A stretch of 64,000 nt of DNA, from assembly GCF_964204645.1 (NCBI RefSeq), contig NC_134029.1, positions 6,138,001 to 6,202,000 of the forward strand. Direction: 5' to 3'. This DNA comes from Tubulanus polymorphus. Taxonomy: Eukaryota; Animalia; Nemertea. The position numbers and the translations under genes were made by a program. This document shows positions 37,901-52,100 of the stretch, piece by piece; positions within the stretch are counted from its first letter, which is position 1, and each line of letters starts with the position of its first letter. The notes beneath the pieces are model-generated. The model was not told where the DNA came from, made no database searches, and was given only the letters and a program-made list of their open reading frames with translations.

Positions 37901-40900
37901 TCAACATCAGAACGTGATAATGAGGATCCCACAGGTATAATATGGAACATAATGGCGCGATATGGCGTGTTGGCTCGAAATTATGATATCCTTTCCGATG
38001 CTCCGCAGACTCAAAACGTGAACTTTTGGCAAACTTGACGTTTTGGCAATAATTCTCGAAGGCACACGACGGGTTAAACATAAGGACGACATTCTTGGCT
38101 AATGAATATAGTTATACGAGACAGAAAATCATCCCCGTTTTACTTGCTTTCATTTTGAGACATTCCAAAATCAACTTAGGAGGGCGTCACGCGTCTCAAA
38201 CCGCTGTCTAACTAACAAATACTTGACTAAACTGTACTCTGAAAAAGGATTAATTGGCGGTGATATGGGTATTAGGGGATTAGTGGACAGTTTTGTACTT
38301 GAGTATTCGATCCTATATTTAAATGTTGATTACCTATTCAACGACTCATTTACGTCGTACGTCATTAAGCCGTTTGACAAATGTAGATAAATTCGATCTT
38401 CCGCAAACGACTTTTCTACGTGACTTGGTCAAAAACACGTCTACAGACTTAACTGACCGTTATTCCGCCTGGTGAATGACATTCCCAATCGTTTACTAAC
38501 TTTGGGTATGAAAAGTGATTTTGCTGACGTATGAAAATATCGTAGAAGTGAATGCATGCCGCCCGACTGATGTATTTTTCATAGAAAGTATCACTATTAT
38601 CTTGGTAAGCTCGCCACGTTTTTCGTAACAAAGTTAAGTAATGGTAGCCGTTGTCTAGTGTTTTTTGCCGTCAGACGTTTCGATCTTGTTATTCACGACA
38701 CGCGTGTACGTAATGGCAAAATATACAACATATCTCGACTGTATCAATGACTACTGCGCCAGAGCCCGGGACAAAAGCCGAATATTGCGTCAGCTGACAC
38801 ACATCCCTCGCATGCCAGAGCCGCTTTCATCATCGCTCGGCGCGGAATAATGGGAATGTGAATGAGATTTCTAGCCACGCGATGACCACTGACCTTCACT
38901 GATCGATAACCAATAAAATGCGTCATTAGTAATCAGATTACCATTAACTTTGAATGTCACCGGGAATCCTATACAATGAATGTCGTATTCTGAAGCTACT
39001 TTGAATTTGACGAGGTCTAATTCGCTGATAGTGCGTGATAATAGCTGCGACCTAACTTCAACAGTCGCACGGTATCATCAAGTTCGGAATAGGAGCCGTT
39101 TCAAAGGAGAGTACCGTGGCGATGGTGCTTTTTGGTACGTCGTGATAACAACCAACACCAAATACGATGTCATTCATAATCATGTCGTTAGTTTACGCTC
39201 ATTATCGAATACTAACACGGATACATCGTGGTTGTATTTTTAAAGTCTTACTACATATTGCGTTTACTAGCTTGATGAATGGTAACAATAGTCTTTTTGT
39301 TTTTTCTATACTATATTGTAGACTATATTGTAGTCTCTGCCAACTATAATTGATCAGTACGGTTGGGTCTGTCGTTTTTAACGTAGTCATTCGGTTAGCA
39401 AATAGAGAACAAATCCGCCACGATGCGGCAGCTGTTTAAGAGGCCTTTTACCCTCGCGTTTATGATATGTGCAGACTGGATCACATTCGAATACATATAC
39501 ACACTCTTATATTTATACCGTCCAATATGTTGTCAAATCGAGTATGTGTTGCGAAATCCATCATAGAGCATAATTAAGTAATAGGTTAACAAATCCGGTA
39601 ATTCATCATTCGATTCGGGATTTGAAAATTAATTATTCCATTAAAAACGTATCACTGGGGTCCGTTTGCAATAACCTGGGAAGAGGATCAGGTAACCCAA
39701 CGATTTAAACCGTTTCCATTTAAAAGTAAAAAAATGTCGGCGCTGTTTTAAATGATATATGTACAGGCAGTGCTTACTTGTGCGGGTTGCTTAATGTTAT
39801 TTTCGTAAAGGCGTTCGCTCACTTATTGATGAATCTAACGTAAGAAACAGAATGAAAAGTATTCGGTAGCTAAGTGCACGTGAGATAGAATTTCGTTTTA
39901 CAGGACACGGCATTTACCCGTGTAGAAGAGGATTACCGGTTACCGATTGTAACGAAACATTGAAACGCAGGCTCTCGGTTTCTTATCTCGGGTTTCGGAT
40001 TTGTATGAATGCATATGTATATGTATATGAGCATGCGTTTTTGTTTAGAATTCCCATACATACTGTAACAATTTCCTGAATAGTATTTATTTAGAATTAG
40101 CATCGTTGTGTAATAGTATACTGATCATTATACCACATTCTACTTTTTAAGCGAATGGAATATCAAATGTTGCTAAAAAAGTTGAATATCGTATATAGAG
40201 AATCCCGCACCAATAAAACGAGAACGATGAAGTCCGAAAAGTTTCCCTAAAGCTAGTAATTTATTGAATTTTCGACTATAACCTATAACATAACCTTATA
40301 GTCTTCTTCAGGAATGCTAACGCAAATCGGACTTCAATTTTCTCGTCTCGAGTGTGGAATTCTCTTTATATCGTTACAACATGAAATAGCGTTTCACCAA
40401 TGTTTATTTTGAATATCGTATAATGTCCATTTTCATATGGTCACCGAGCGACTTGATCGACATCCGAAATGCTCCAGTTCGCACAAATGAAAGATAATCA
40501 ATGAAAGAGACAAAGCAAACATCAGAAATTCCAGACATATAGAAACCCTAGAACAAATAACGGCGAATAATGAATGGTCCATTATTGATGCTATACCAAC
40601 ATTTGTTCTGCCAATTTCGGAGAGAAGGCCGGGTTTGTTTAAAACACGGCGGAAATTAGCGACAGACAACTGTCCGTATCCCTGCGAATTTTGTGACTGA
40701 GGTAGCCAACGACTAATCGAGGGGTTTGAGTTTCCGAGTCATTTATTTGAAGGCAGGTTGGCAAAACAGGATGAGATAATTAATTCAAATCGAGGAAACA
40801 TCCTAATTCGATTACTAAGAAAGATAAGATCAAATGAAAAAAAAAGTCAATTCGAAGAGAAATCTTCCACGAAATCCTCAGCGATGCGGTTTGCGGACAC

Positions 40901-42248
40901 GCTTCGAATCCTAACCTTATATGACCTAACCGAAGACCCCACTTGGTCAAACGCCCAGCTGATTAACGGCAAACTATAATGACCTAATGTGACCAGTTAC
41001 TTGTAACGCCGCAGGCGGTGTGGATTAGGCGAAATGTAAACAGTGAATATACGTATTTTCGACGCGGTCAAATGTGTTTTAGAATTATTTTAACATAATT
41101 ATGATGCATACGCGCTAGCCTTTGCTGAGTTCATTTTTCGACAGGTGTGCGATATGGACTTAATTTCCACATCAATTCCAGCATCTTTAATGTTACGTAT
41201 GAATATCACTGTGGTCTTCGGCAACATAAATCATCCGATAGGACCCTTTCAGATTATTATTTCAGTCATGAAATATAGCCATATTCTGTCAATTTCGTAG
41301 CAACAAATCTTATAATCAGAAGAGATTTTACTCCGATACATTAAGCTATAGACTAACGATGTTGTAAGCATTAGTGCGATACAAAATACTTACAGCAAAT
41401 TTTTGTCACGGGTCTAGATTGCTTTTGAGATAATCTAGCTGTTTGAAACCGGCTAGAAAGTTCTTAGGAACTCGACATATTATCACAAACTAACCATTCC
41501 ATAAAGCTATGGTTTCTTCTCTTAAGATCGACGATGGAAATTGAAACTGCTAATACTAAGTTAATGGAAGGCTATGGCAAACCATGAGACTATCGATTTA
41601 CTAAGTTACTTACTATACGGACAATACTGAAAATGTATCATTGTTATTTTCTATAAATCATAACGTTCCGATGTGTTATACGGTTTTATGGGGATGACTC
41701 GATAAAACGCCGCAATTCTACTCAGAAGGCATTAAGTAACCGAGTCAGAACAAAGTGTCCCCTATCTGCGAGTACCAAGTGAAGACTACTAGGATTGATT
41801 TATCTCCTTAATACGCATCATCGGACTGAATCTAAAACGCGATTCGAAGAGAAGCCACGTCGAATAACGGCATGCTCGAACTAATCTACGACTAGCACCG
41901 CGCAAATTTCTTATCACAATCCGATTATTATTTATACGTGGTAATGTTTTCATAGACTAATGAATCATTTCTCTATTTTTCGCTTTATATTTCAGACTGA
42001 CTTCGCCGTCCGTGAGACGACGTTTACCTCGTCGTAAAACACCAGCCGTGCGAAATCATTGCAGAAACCGCAGGAAGCGGGCGACCGAATAGAGACCTGT
42101 CATTCGACCCGACAGATCTCCGTTCCCGTATACTACAATTATATTTAAGTGCCAGCCAGCAAACTGGGTATATCATGCCCGGTAATCTGCATTCATTACC
42201 GACGATTACGGCTTCTTAGTAAAAGCGCAAAACGTTCTATATCTGCCG

Positions 42249-43988
42249 ATGGATAAAACTCCGAAGATGTCGAGGAATATCCTAGCCGAACAAGCCGTTA
42301 TGACGGCCGCGTATGGGATAATAGTTCTGTGCGGGTTGGTCTTAAACGCATGGGCAGCACTTACCATCAGTACTAGGCGTCAGCTAAGGGGATCTATTTA
42401 CGCCTTTATGATATCACTCGCAATGGCTGACTTTCTTATGGATTTGTTGGTGTTGCCTTGGTTTATCGTAGCCATGTGGACTGACGACTGGGATATCTCC
42501 CAACCACCCTGGCCGATGATCATTACCTATTTGCCGATGTTAATCTCCTATCTGTGCTGGGTTTTACGGTTTATTTCGGTAACATCTGTGTTGGCAATTG
42601 CCATCAGTCGATACTACGTGGTCATCACTGATTCGGCTCACCGAACGGATAAATCAAATATAACAGTGGTAGCTGTGGTTTTAATTTGGTGGCACGGCCT
42701 GCTAAGCACGGCTTTACCGCGTATGTTGTCAACCCCAACAAGCGCTGTTTGCCTGACGACTTTCGCGCTGCCGAGTTTTATGATGGATCGAATCTCATCA
42801 TTTTCGGAATCAGAATACGCGGTCGAAGTGAACGTCTTCATAATCTACATCACTACACTGATGGTCATTGTATATCTGTATTATAAGATTCGATGTCACT
42901 CGAGCAATAGCGGCTCGAAATATTACGTCAGACGCACTACGACCAATCAAATGGAGCAGCTTCGCGTGCAGAACGAGGCTACCGTCGAACTGTTGCGCGA
43001 AGGTGTCGTCGTGATCGACGAAACTTCCGCCAGGGAAGTTTTTCAATTGGAAAAATCTGCCGCAAGCTGTCAGATTATTTCGTGTTACGTTATTTTATGG
43101 ATGCCGTATTTCGCGTTCAACCTATTCCGCGCGTTCTCCTGCGGGAACAAATGCAACGACAATGCGTATATTTATCGATATATAGATTTTGCGACAACCT
43201 GGTTTACGTTTTTATCAACTATTGTTAACCCTATTCTGTACGTGCTGCGCAACGAGCAGCTGAAACACGACATAAAATCACTTAAACTGGGCGACATGGA
43301 CTTGAATACGCGCCGGAATAACTCCGACGAACAGCAGCATTTATTGGAGGAGATCAAATATAAAGCCCAGAGTAACAATATCAAAGATACATGCCGATAC
43401 GAGCGGACTGATGTGGAAAACGACGACGACGATTTATCGGATTGTTCCGATAACGAAGAAGAGAATCTCATATCTGTGTCGACTATAAATTTGCACGAAT
43501 TAGACAGTAGTAATAACAAAGGCAACAACAACACTTTATCGAGCAACGCTTCCAGTAGGAACGCCACCACTGGTAAAAGTAGCAAAAACGACGAGACCGA
43601 TTCGGGATTAGCTATGACACGCATCCGGCCTCATAACCGTCCTCAGTCGCCTCCGTTCCGGTCGAATTACGACGCGTTGCCCGGAGACGCGGGCAGTTTA
43701 CCGCGCGGAACGAGCAGCAGTACCAGCGAGTTCGACGACTCGGACTCGAGCGGGGTTTGGCTGAAATCCAACGGCGAAGAGTCGGCGACGATTAAACCGA
43801 TTTTGAAGACGTTTTTGCCGCGAGTCGACGAAATAACTCTCGACCGGTCGCAAGTAGATATGCCGCCAAAATCGACCAGATCGTTGCCGCGCGATCGAAG
43901 AATGAGCGGCTCGCATGGCTCCGAAATGATCGTAGTCAGTCCCCGGGTTCCTCGTAAAAACGTGAATTTTGTCGAGCCACCACACTGA
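42249..43988 (+). CDS. Orphan class A (rhodopsin-like) GPCR with long Ser/Asp-rich C-tail, single coding exon
   Basis: 579-aa ORF with 7 hydrophobic segments: LAMADF (TM2), ISRY (TM3), WMPY (TM6), NPILY (TM7). A splice acceptor upstream (tttcag, exon from 41996) implies a spliced 5' UTR. Confidence 0.9.
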   Translation: MDKTPKMSRNILAEQAVMTAAYGIIVLCGLVLNAWAALTISTRRQLRGSIYAFMISLAMADFLMDLLVLPWFIVAMWTDDWDISQPPWPMIITYLPMLISYLCWVLRFISVTSVLAIAISRYYVVITDSAHRTDKSNITVVAVVLIWWHGLLSTALPRMLSTPTSAVCLTTFALPSFMMDRISSFSESEYAVEVNVFIIYITTLMVIVYLYYKIRCHSSNSGSKYYVRRTTTNQMEQLRVQNEATVELLREGVVVIDETSAREVFQLEKSAASCQIISCYVILWMPYFAFNLFRAFSCGNKCNDNAYIYRYIDFATTWFTFLSTIVNPILYVLRNEQLKHDIKSLKLGDMDLNTRRNNSDEQQHLLEEIKYKAQSNNIKDTCRYERTDVENDDDDLSDCSDNEEENLISVSTINLHELDSSNNKGNNNTLSSNASSRNATTGKSSKNDETDSGLAMTRIRPHNRPQSPPFRSNYDALPGDAGSLPRGTSSSTSEFDDSDSSGVWLKSNGEESATIKPILKTFLPRVDEITLDRSQVDMPPKSTRSLPRDRRMSGSHGSEMIVVSPRVPRKNVNFVEPPH

Positions 43989-46900
43989 CAGACTAGCTAG
44001 AACATTAAAACATCTAAGAAATAGGAAATATATAGATTTTCGCACTTTTTATACCGCAGTATATGGGGCTTTTTCATTCTTCAATACATGTCAAGACTTC
44101 TTCTTTATTTAATAAACAAAATACCACCGGGTTCAGTTTCTTGAAAAAAAAACGAAACGGCGTTACATGTATAAACCAAATCATTAAGAAATCACGATTA
44201 AGACATCAAATATTTTATGAAGCTGGGCCCTGGATTGATTTTTAAAATATCTGTTACACTCGGCTGTTTATCCGCGAGGACTTGGTGGCGAGTGTTCAAT
44301 CGAAAATAGCATAATTCTGATATTCTTGATGTATTTTCAATTATCGGTGCCATGTTGGCCATCGCTTTCTACATCCCAGTAGTGTATCTGGAGATGATGC
44401 TTACAGTTCGCAATCCTCTTGATAGACACGGCGCTCTGTATAGTAGCGTGTAGCGGTATTCGATTTATAAATTCTGGTCGGGATTAAATGATCTGCGTTC
44501 TATCTCTCGTTCTAATAATTGTCGGGATTTATCCGCGGCCGGATGATGCACGAGGGAATTTCAATCTTCACAGTGATAAAGTACCCACGGTGTAAAGTTA
44601 TACGCCGCTTCTGCAGTGCAGTACATCAGTATTAACCTTCCAATGGCCTATATGTAATTCAATTAACGAAATTAATCTTGAATAATTAATTCTATCAAGT
44701 GGACGCTATACGGCAAACATCACCTGAAGAATGTCGAAAAATTTGAAACATTCATATTTCCAGAGGGCTGATCTCCGCAATAAAATGAAAATTTTCACAC
44801 GGCCCCTACCTAGTTAATATATGGTATTCAAATTCATCAAGCTATGTGACACAAGGAAATGAGCTTACTAGACACTATTATTCTTTCAAAATACTTATGG
44901 CAAGGACCTCCCCGTAGATCAGGCCAAAGATTTGCCTTCGTTATGTATGTTTAACCATGGACTAACTTTTGGAGTCTTATATGGTCTGAATAACACAAAC
45001 TTAGAGATATAATTCGCTCGAGGCAAATAGGATCCCCGACGACAGGTTAGACGATCTCGTCGGAACAATTAGCATGTTCGGCGGTGATGCATGAAACATA
45101 ATCGCCGAACGGATCGGATGGTAAAGATTGTACGTGACTTCCTGTCGACATCCCCAACAGGGAAATATAAGTTGCACTGAAGCAATTTATGATATCTACA
45201 GATCTAATTTTTACGTTTATTTATCGCGCGACAGTGAACCGTCGCATCCAAAGGTGGAACCATCAATTCCCAGCGAGCGACGTTCGGTTTATCATTCATC
45301 AATTCGATGTACGGAATTGTTGTTGACACTTGGTCCAGACGGGCGTTGATGAATGCAAAACGCGTTGTTTTCGCGGCGACATGATTACGAATTGATAGCG
45401 AATTCTCGTCTGTAAAAACGACCCGGATGTCACGTTCATTAGACTATGATGAATCGCGATACATCGACGTGTATAAAGTATATATGCATCTTCGCGGATA
45501 GATAACGCCATTTATAACAAATATATAATTCAGCAAACGACTATTCATATGTACCGAGAACGTGAACATAATCTTTAGTAATATGATCCCCTATAATCCC
45601 CTATTGAATATTCAACTCGATAGTATTGGCTTCATTGGCTGCAGTGGTGATTTAATTACCCAGAACCAAGGGACGTATCATATGAAAAATACCGCTGTCG
45701 TTTTCGGACGGCGGCATTTAGTTCACATTACGCAAAAATCTAGTTATATCCCGAGCATATCGCATATCATTCCACGGGAAAATCACCAATATTCTCCCCT
45801 TACGTTATGACAACAAATGCGGAAAGCATTTTGTTCCGTTCCCCACGGCCCGTTCTTACATTTAAAATCACGGATCTAAGATTTTCAGTAGATCAATAAT
45901 GGATTCAAATCAAAAACGTAGTGCAACATCATTTTTATCGTACAATATAATGTAACACGTTCGTGCGCAGCAAACCTAACCTTTTCAAACGTTTCTCAAA
46001 AGCAAACGTGATCTTATTATTACACGAAGCTGGCCATTCAAATGCCTATTTCTTACAATGACCGGTAAAGCAAAAAGTAATTTTGTTGAAAAAAATGTCA
46101 ATCTTGTTGCTGTCGATTCTAATGCCCATTTCTTGCAATGACTGATAAACTAATAAGTATTCAAATCTTTTAAAAACTAGAATAGAATACATCAGGTAAT
46201 CGAAAACCGCCGTACAATTGCTAAGCAAAAAAATGCTGATTCCCACTGATGTTATCTGATGAACTCGGAACTTCTCTGCTGTCTGTTCTTTCTATCAGTT
46301 GGAGGCAGGATGTTTGATCAAAATATCAAAAGTCGCATTTGCGAACGACATTCTGTGGCTAAGAAGAATGCCTGACACCCGCGGCTCGGTCGTTATCTTT
46401 GCGTCGACTGTTTACAGGATTTTTGCGAAAGATTAGTGAAAGCCAATCGCGTAGCATTCTTTTAGTTCCATTAATTTTCATTCGAGGAACGTCGCGCGCT
46501 CTTATCAGAAAGTATCCTCTTTTCTTTTATGTAGCGGATGTGCCGGGCTAATATCAAACTCGGGTAAAGTACACGCGTATTACGTAGTCTCTATCCTGCG
46601 CGCCGAAGTGTTTCCCCTTGCGAATTACATATTTATTTGGCGTCTTTGTGAAACACGCAGACCTAATGAAATAAGTAACTTAGTTTGCCACGCTTCAGGT
46701 TTTTTTTCTCTGCGAGAAAAATCGCGTTGGCCATCACCACCATCGAGAGACGACGCCTGGCTGTCAGAAGTTCCTCGGAATTGACGCAAAGCGTTTGTAA
46801 TAAGATTATGACGTATATGAAAGACTCGGGAAAACAACATCACGAAAACCCTACGCAGTTTGACCCGATATAAAAAGTTCTCCAAAGCCTTTACAGGTTC

Positions 46901-48121
46901 ATGCGTGCCAGATAACATCTATTACCAATTATCAATATACTTATTGATGTTATCTTACGTGTGTTTTTTAGGACATTGCCAGATAGAAAATGATTTCACC
47001 GTCTTAGGAGTCATCGAACTCCACCAACTGTATGCGCGATGCACTTACGCACCACCGACGAAGACCCATATATTTTTAGGATTATCGGAAATAGATAAAA
47101 AGTCGGGCGGATTATTTAGCTCGAATCGCATAATATTATGCCGTTTATGGTGATCTCTGTCGGGAGAACGGAGCGTTCGGTAGATAGGATTTAACAGTAC
47201 ATTAACCATGTATAGCAACCGACAGGGCCAAACGATCGACGAGAGTTGCATGATTAATGATGTCGACTCTTCACGAGCTAACTAAGTATGAATTCTGGCG
47301 ACAGCGAGAGAATCCGTTTCACCGGCGACGCCAGCGAACGACTGCCTGGGACATGTAGATCAGTTGACTTTTGTCGTCGAAGCCCCGTTTGAAAGATGAA
47401 GATTTCATCGAATATAATCCCGGCCAAAGTTTCGGAATGAAAATCCGTATGGAATTTATCAATATCGCTAAGAGCATTCAGAGACACCGTGTCATTAGTC
47501 TTTCGTCTGTATTCAATCATTTGCAATCCATCATGAACCCAGTTTTATGTTTGTTTGGGTTCTTTCGACATTCGTCATGGTGTATAATGTATTTGCGGGA
47601 TGATATATTACTTGTTGCCCAGACAGCACCCGCCGTCAGTTGGAGGCCGAACGCAACCAAGCGCCAGTAATATGTCTGATTTATTAATTATGATATGATA
47701 TTGGACCATATATATCGATTTGATTGTTTATATCAGCAGAAATGATGCGATAATACGACGAGACCTCGGGTTATTAACACGGCTGACTTCCCGCTGATGA
47801 AATATTCCATCCGGTACTGACCGATGAAGGCCGCGAGCCGCCTGCGGTGAGCGAATATTGATTGCGTCGAGATACGCTGATAGGTAACCAACCATGGTTG
47901 GTTTGTTCCAGACAACAGCAATTTCGGATATAAACAACTTACACGTGAAGTGAATCAGAATGAATCATGCATTTTTTTTTTCATTTGTATAATGCGAATT
48001 TTCATGAAGGTTGAAACCTACGGAATTGCTGGCCATATGATTCACTTTTCTAAGTCGAAATTTCGAAGTTTTTTTAACTCGAATTTCGACTAAGTAACTC
48101 GATATATGTAAATACGATACT

Positions 48122-48163
48122 GTCTTAGCATAGAAGTGTAAGCGAACACTTCTATGGTCTAAG
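48122..48163. mobile_element. 28-bp CATAGA hairpin with 7-bp TSD (putative P-element-type excision footprint)
   Basis: gtcttag|catagaagtgt-aagcga-acacttctatg|gtctaag. Similar structures at 20301-20345 and 3914-3960. Confidence 0.55.
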
Positions 48164-49137
48164 CAAACACGATAACGTCATTCCCAAACTATTCGTCGAA
48201 TGGGTGCAAAGTTAGGGCGATATCGACAAAAAACTATTACAACATCGTTGAAGTCACGTTGTTCACAGTGGAACAAATTAATGTATCTGGTCAGTCACGC
48301 GTATCGTGCTTGCTAAGGCAGTATCGTATTTCGGCATTGTTTTTGAAGAAAGATAACTGTTGCGCCATAGTGTGAATTTTGCAAATATAGCGGGCGCACG
48401 TGAGTTAAGAAAAGCCCAAATTTCGAATTAAAAAATCGAAATTTATACTAGTAAAAAACGTGTCATGGAACTAACGTTATTATTCGTTTATGGATTTGAC
48501 CTTATTTCTTCACTGAATTTAATGACCCGACCGGCCATATGGGACGCAACTATCTTCAGCCCAAACTAACGTTATAATGAAAACGATGTGGTGATAGTAC
48601 AAGGTACGTACCGGGTTCCTAGGCCATTCCAACGACTGTCAGACAATATCGAGTAACAGAATCGAGACGAAATAAAGGCATGAAGAGAGATTCATTTAAA
48701 AGAAAGGTATCGCTCTTTATTTTCTGACTACACATTCATAGACGAACGTATACCTTATACGAACAATAATATCTTAAGAAGTTTTTAAGACTGTCTTGTG
48801 TCTTACAGTCATCAAAGCACCAGCGGAAATTAAGTAACAACTAAGTTCAAAGTACAAGTACATATCTTGATTATTGAGAGATTCTTAAGGAATGTTAAAA
48901 GGTCAGTAACCTATGCAGCAATTGTTTAAACCACAACAGTAAAGTTGCCAACAGACCACATGCACATGCTTATGATATTAGAAGAACCAATAAGTTAATA
49001 ATATATCCTTTTATTTAAATTTGAAATATTAAAATAGGTAAATACACAATATTCTTTTTCATTTTGCATAATTAAACCCTACATTCCGTTAAAAGATATG
49101 ACGAAAATACCCTATGATATTTCTAAAGACCATTTGA

Positions 49138-52100
49138 CTAGAATGCGCTGTAAAGCGCAGCGCCAGCCCCGGGTTGAGTGGAAAACAATGCTACTTTTTC
49201 TTGGCTCCTGAGTAGATCGGTGCTTTGATAGTAGCATGTACTGACTGCTTTCATAAACTCGTCGACTTTATCTACAGAAACTAATGAGACAGCGCACCCG
49301 CCCCAACCAGCACCGGTCAACCGAGCTCCTGCTGCACCAGAATTCCTGAAATGAGAAAATCTTATTAGTATAATTATTCAAGATAAAGTAGGCTCATTTT
49401 CATAGCATTTTGAGTCACTTTGGCTCCAGTTCATTACAATCATGTTGGGATCATTCAATTATTACGTACGCATGAAATTTGAATTTTTCAACCCCCCTCC
49501 CCCTCTGTACGCAAAATCGGCCATTTTTTCACATACATTAAGCATTACAGTACGCAATTGCGCTGACCCCTATGCGTACGTAATAAATGAATGACCTCGT
49601 TCATTTTGCCTACTCTATACTCAGTATGAAATAAGTCAAATTCGACCCAAAACGACAAGATTCCCTTGTATGGTTTTTAAAGATTTTGAATTTCAAACGC
49701 ACTGGCAAATTTGTACAAGACTATCGAGTTCGGTACAGCTGCACTCATATAGATCTCTACAACTAGCGTGACTTTCGTTCATCAGTTGTCCGAGCTGCTG
49801 AATCGCATTCGAACGGTTATCGTCGCAAATTTCTTTAAACTGCAAAACTCTTCTGGCTTCGCTGTAGACATGTTTCGCTCGCTTATGTAGTTCGAATTTA
49901 TCGACTGAAATACATATATAACAGGATGTTCGAATTAGTTCGAATACATGTAGCTCGATCTAATAATCTCGATCAATCAATCAGCATCATAAATTGCATG
50001 CGTGTCATTCAAAATCACACATCATAAATTACCATGTAACGTATTGTGACTAAGACTCAAGCCATTCAATTCATCCGCGGTGACCTCTAGAATTTTGCAC
50101 ACTTCTTCTTTAGTATAGGGTTCTTTATGTAATACATCATTGACAAGGAGAACCATATCGCTCAGTGATAAGCCGGCCGATTTCTGCACGTCTACCAGCC
50201 TTTTCAGTTCTTTCCAAGGAAAACCTTTTGTTTTCGCGATAACCTGAAATTGAAATGAACCACAACTTGATGTTTTTTGCAATTCTGTTTCAAAATTACG
50301 ATCACAATCTAATACAGGGTTCGTAGCCTCATTAGGTTATAGATACTATCATGGAAATCATCTATTGAAATGACTTCGGTAATTTTGAGCTCAATTCTAA
50401 TCTATGACTCTCCAAACCTGGAATAAGTTCCTGTCAAATGATTCACACAATTGTCACACTCCAATTAAGGAGTCAATTGCTGTATTCGTTTTTGATGTTA
50501 CCTGTGCCGCGAGTCTGCATTCAACGACCCTAGTGTTAAACTGGGATGTCGCCGCTTTATTCAATTCTACGCATGAATTACTAACAACAAACGCTACCCC
50601 GGTCGGTAATGTCACATCCGTTGCCTTCAACGGGTTAAACTCTATCAACTTAGCCTGCGAATAGATAACAACAAAAACTCTTGAAATGATCAAATTTTAA
50701 TGACAAATCAGAATGATATAGATAGAGAAAACTCACAGTTCCAGACTCGGCTAGAAATGAGATGGATTGATCCATGCCTCCACCTATTGTTCCAATATAT
50801 CGCTCACACTTGGTGCATATGTCAGCTAGTTCTAACTGAAAGTAAATTGAATGTTCTACCAGATCAATTTCACAAAGATTTTCAGTTAACAGTAAAATTA
50901 ATTTTCTAGCATTTCTCGAGTGAAAAGTCTACAGCTAGTTAGCAGCCTTGTCGGAGGTATTACAGTCATTAATCGGGAATGTGAGCCTATGAGTTCTAGG
51001 AACAACATATCCCATCTATAAACACTGACATTTCTTCCATGCGTAAGTGTATGAGGAAAGTTCCATAGCATGTGTAGATTCAAAAACAAATTCTTACACA
51101 CGTACCCGTGAAAACGATTTCTTATTCAAATGCATAGTAGCCAGTCCTGAAGCACAGACTAGAGCGCTAGAGCTTGACAAACCGGCGCTGCGAGGAATTG
51201 ATCCACAAAGAAGCACATCCATTCCCAATAATTTACTAGTCCCGATCTGTTCAGCAATACCTCGATAGCCACAAAGGAAGTAATGATACCATTGGGGCTG
51301 ATTTTGGTCGATTTCTATTGCATCGACATCAACAGAGAATGGCCTGTAATGAAAAGCGAATTCAATGCCATTCAATTCTTTACATTTCAACGCTCGAAGA
51401 AATGAATCAGCCTAAACACTGAATAATTCATCGCCATATCATGGGGAATTTTCTGAAAAAGTTATGGAAAGATGCAGACCAGACATACAAAACAAAAAGC
51501 TAAGGTCTCATAAAAAATTTGATATATATATGGGAATATCTTAACTGAAGGTATCTCAGTCCAAAAACATCTTGGCCACTTACGGATACTGAAGATCGAA
51601 GTTACAAAGGTTGATTTTTCCGACATTATTATCTGCCACAGCAATGATTATGTCTTGTTCCAAGGCCATCGGTAGAACAGCATAGCCACAATAGTCGATA
51701 TGTTCGCCTGAAAATAAAATCACAAAATGAATATTTACGGGATACAAATAACAGCAATATATTTGTGACCAGATCAGAACGAGAAGGTATCAAGAAACGG
51801 CCCTCTATAATGGAAATGTAAACAAGATCTCACCAATTAGGTTAACACGTCCAGGCGCACGGGCGTAAAAACTTGGCAGCTTACCATACTTGTCGATAAA
51901 ACGCTTTTCAATTTCATGGTACCTAAAATCAAATCATATGATCAAGAGATTGATGAAATAGCAGGGATATAATACCAGTTTACTGTGGACAATACATAAC
52001 TCTGAATAATACAGCTACTTTGTTTCATTAGGCCTACCAAGAATTTTCAAATGAGCAAGAAAAACTGAGTTACAATACGAATTATTAAATAATATATTTT

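Noticed and set aside
46600-47940. Cluster of 60-100 aa ORFs and GC-richer patches between the orphan GPCR and GALK2
   Set aside because: No consistent splice-phase chain or protein motif. It could be UTR or lncRNA but this cannot be supported from sequence alone.
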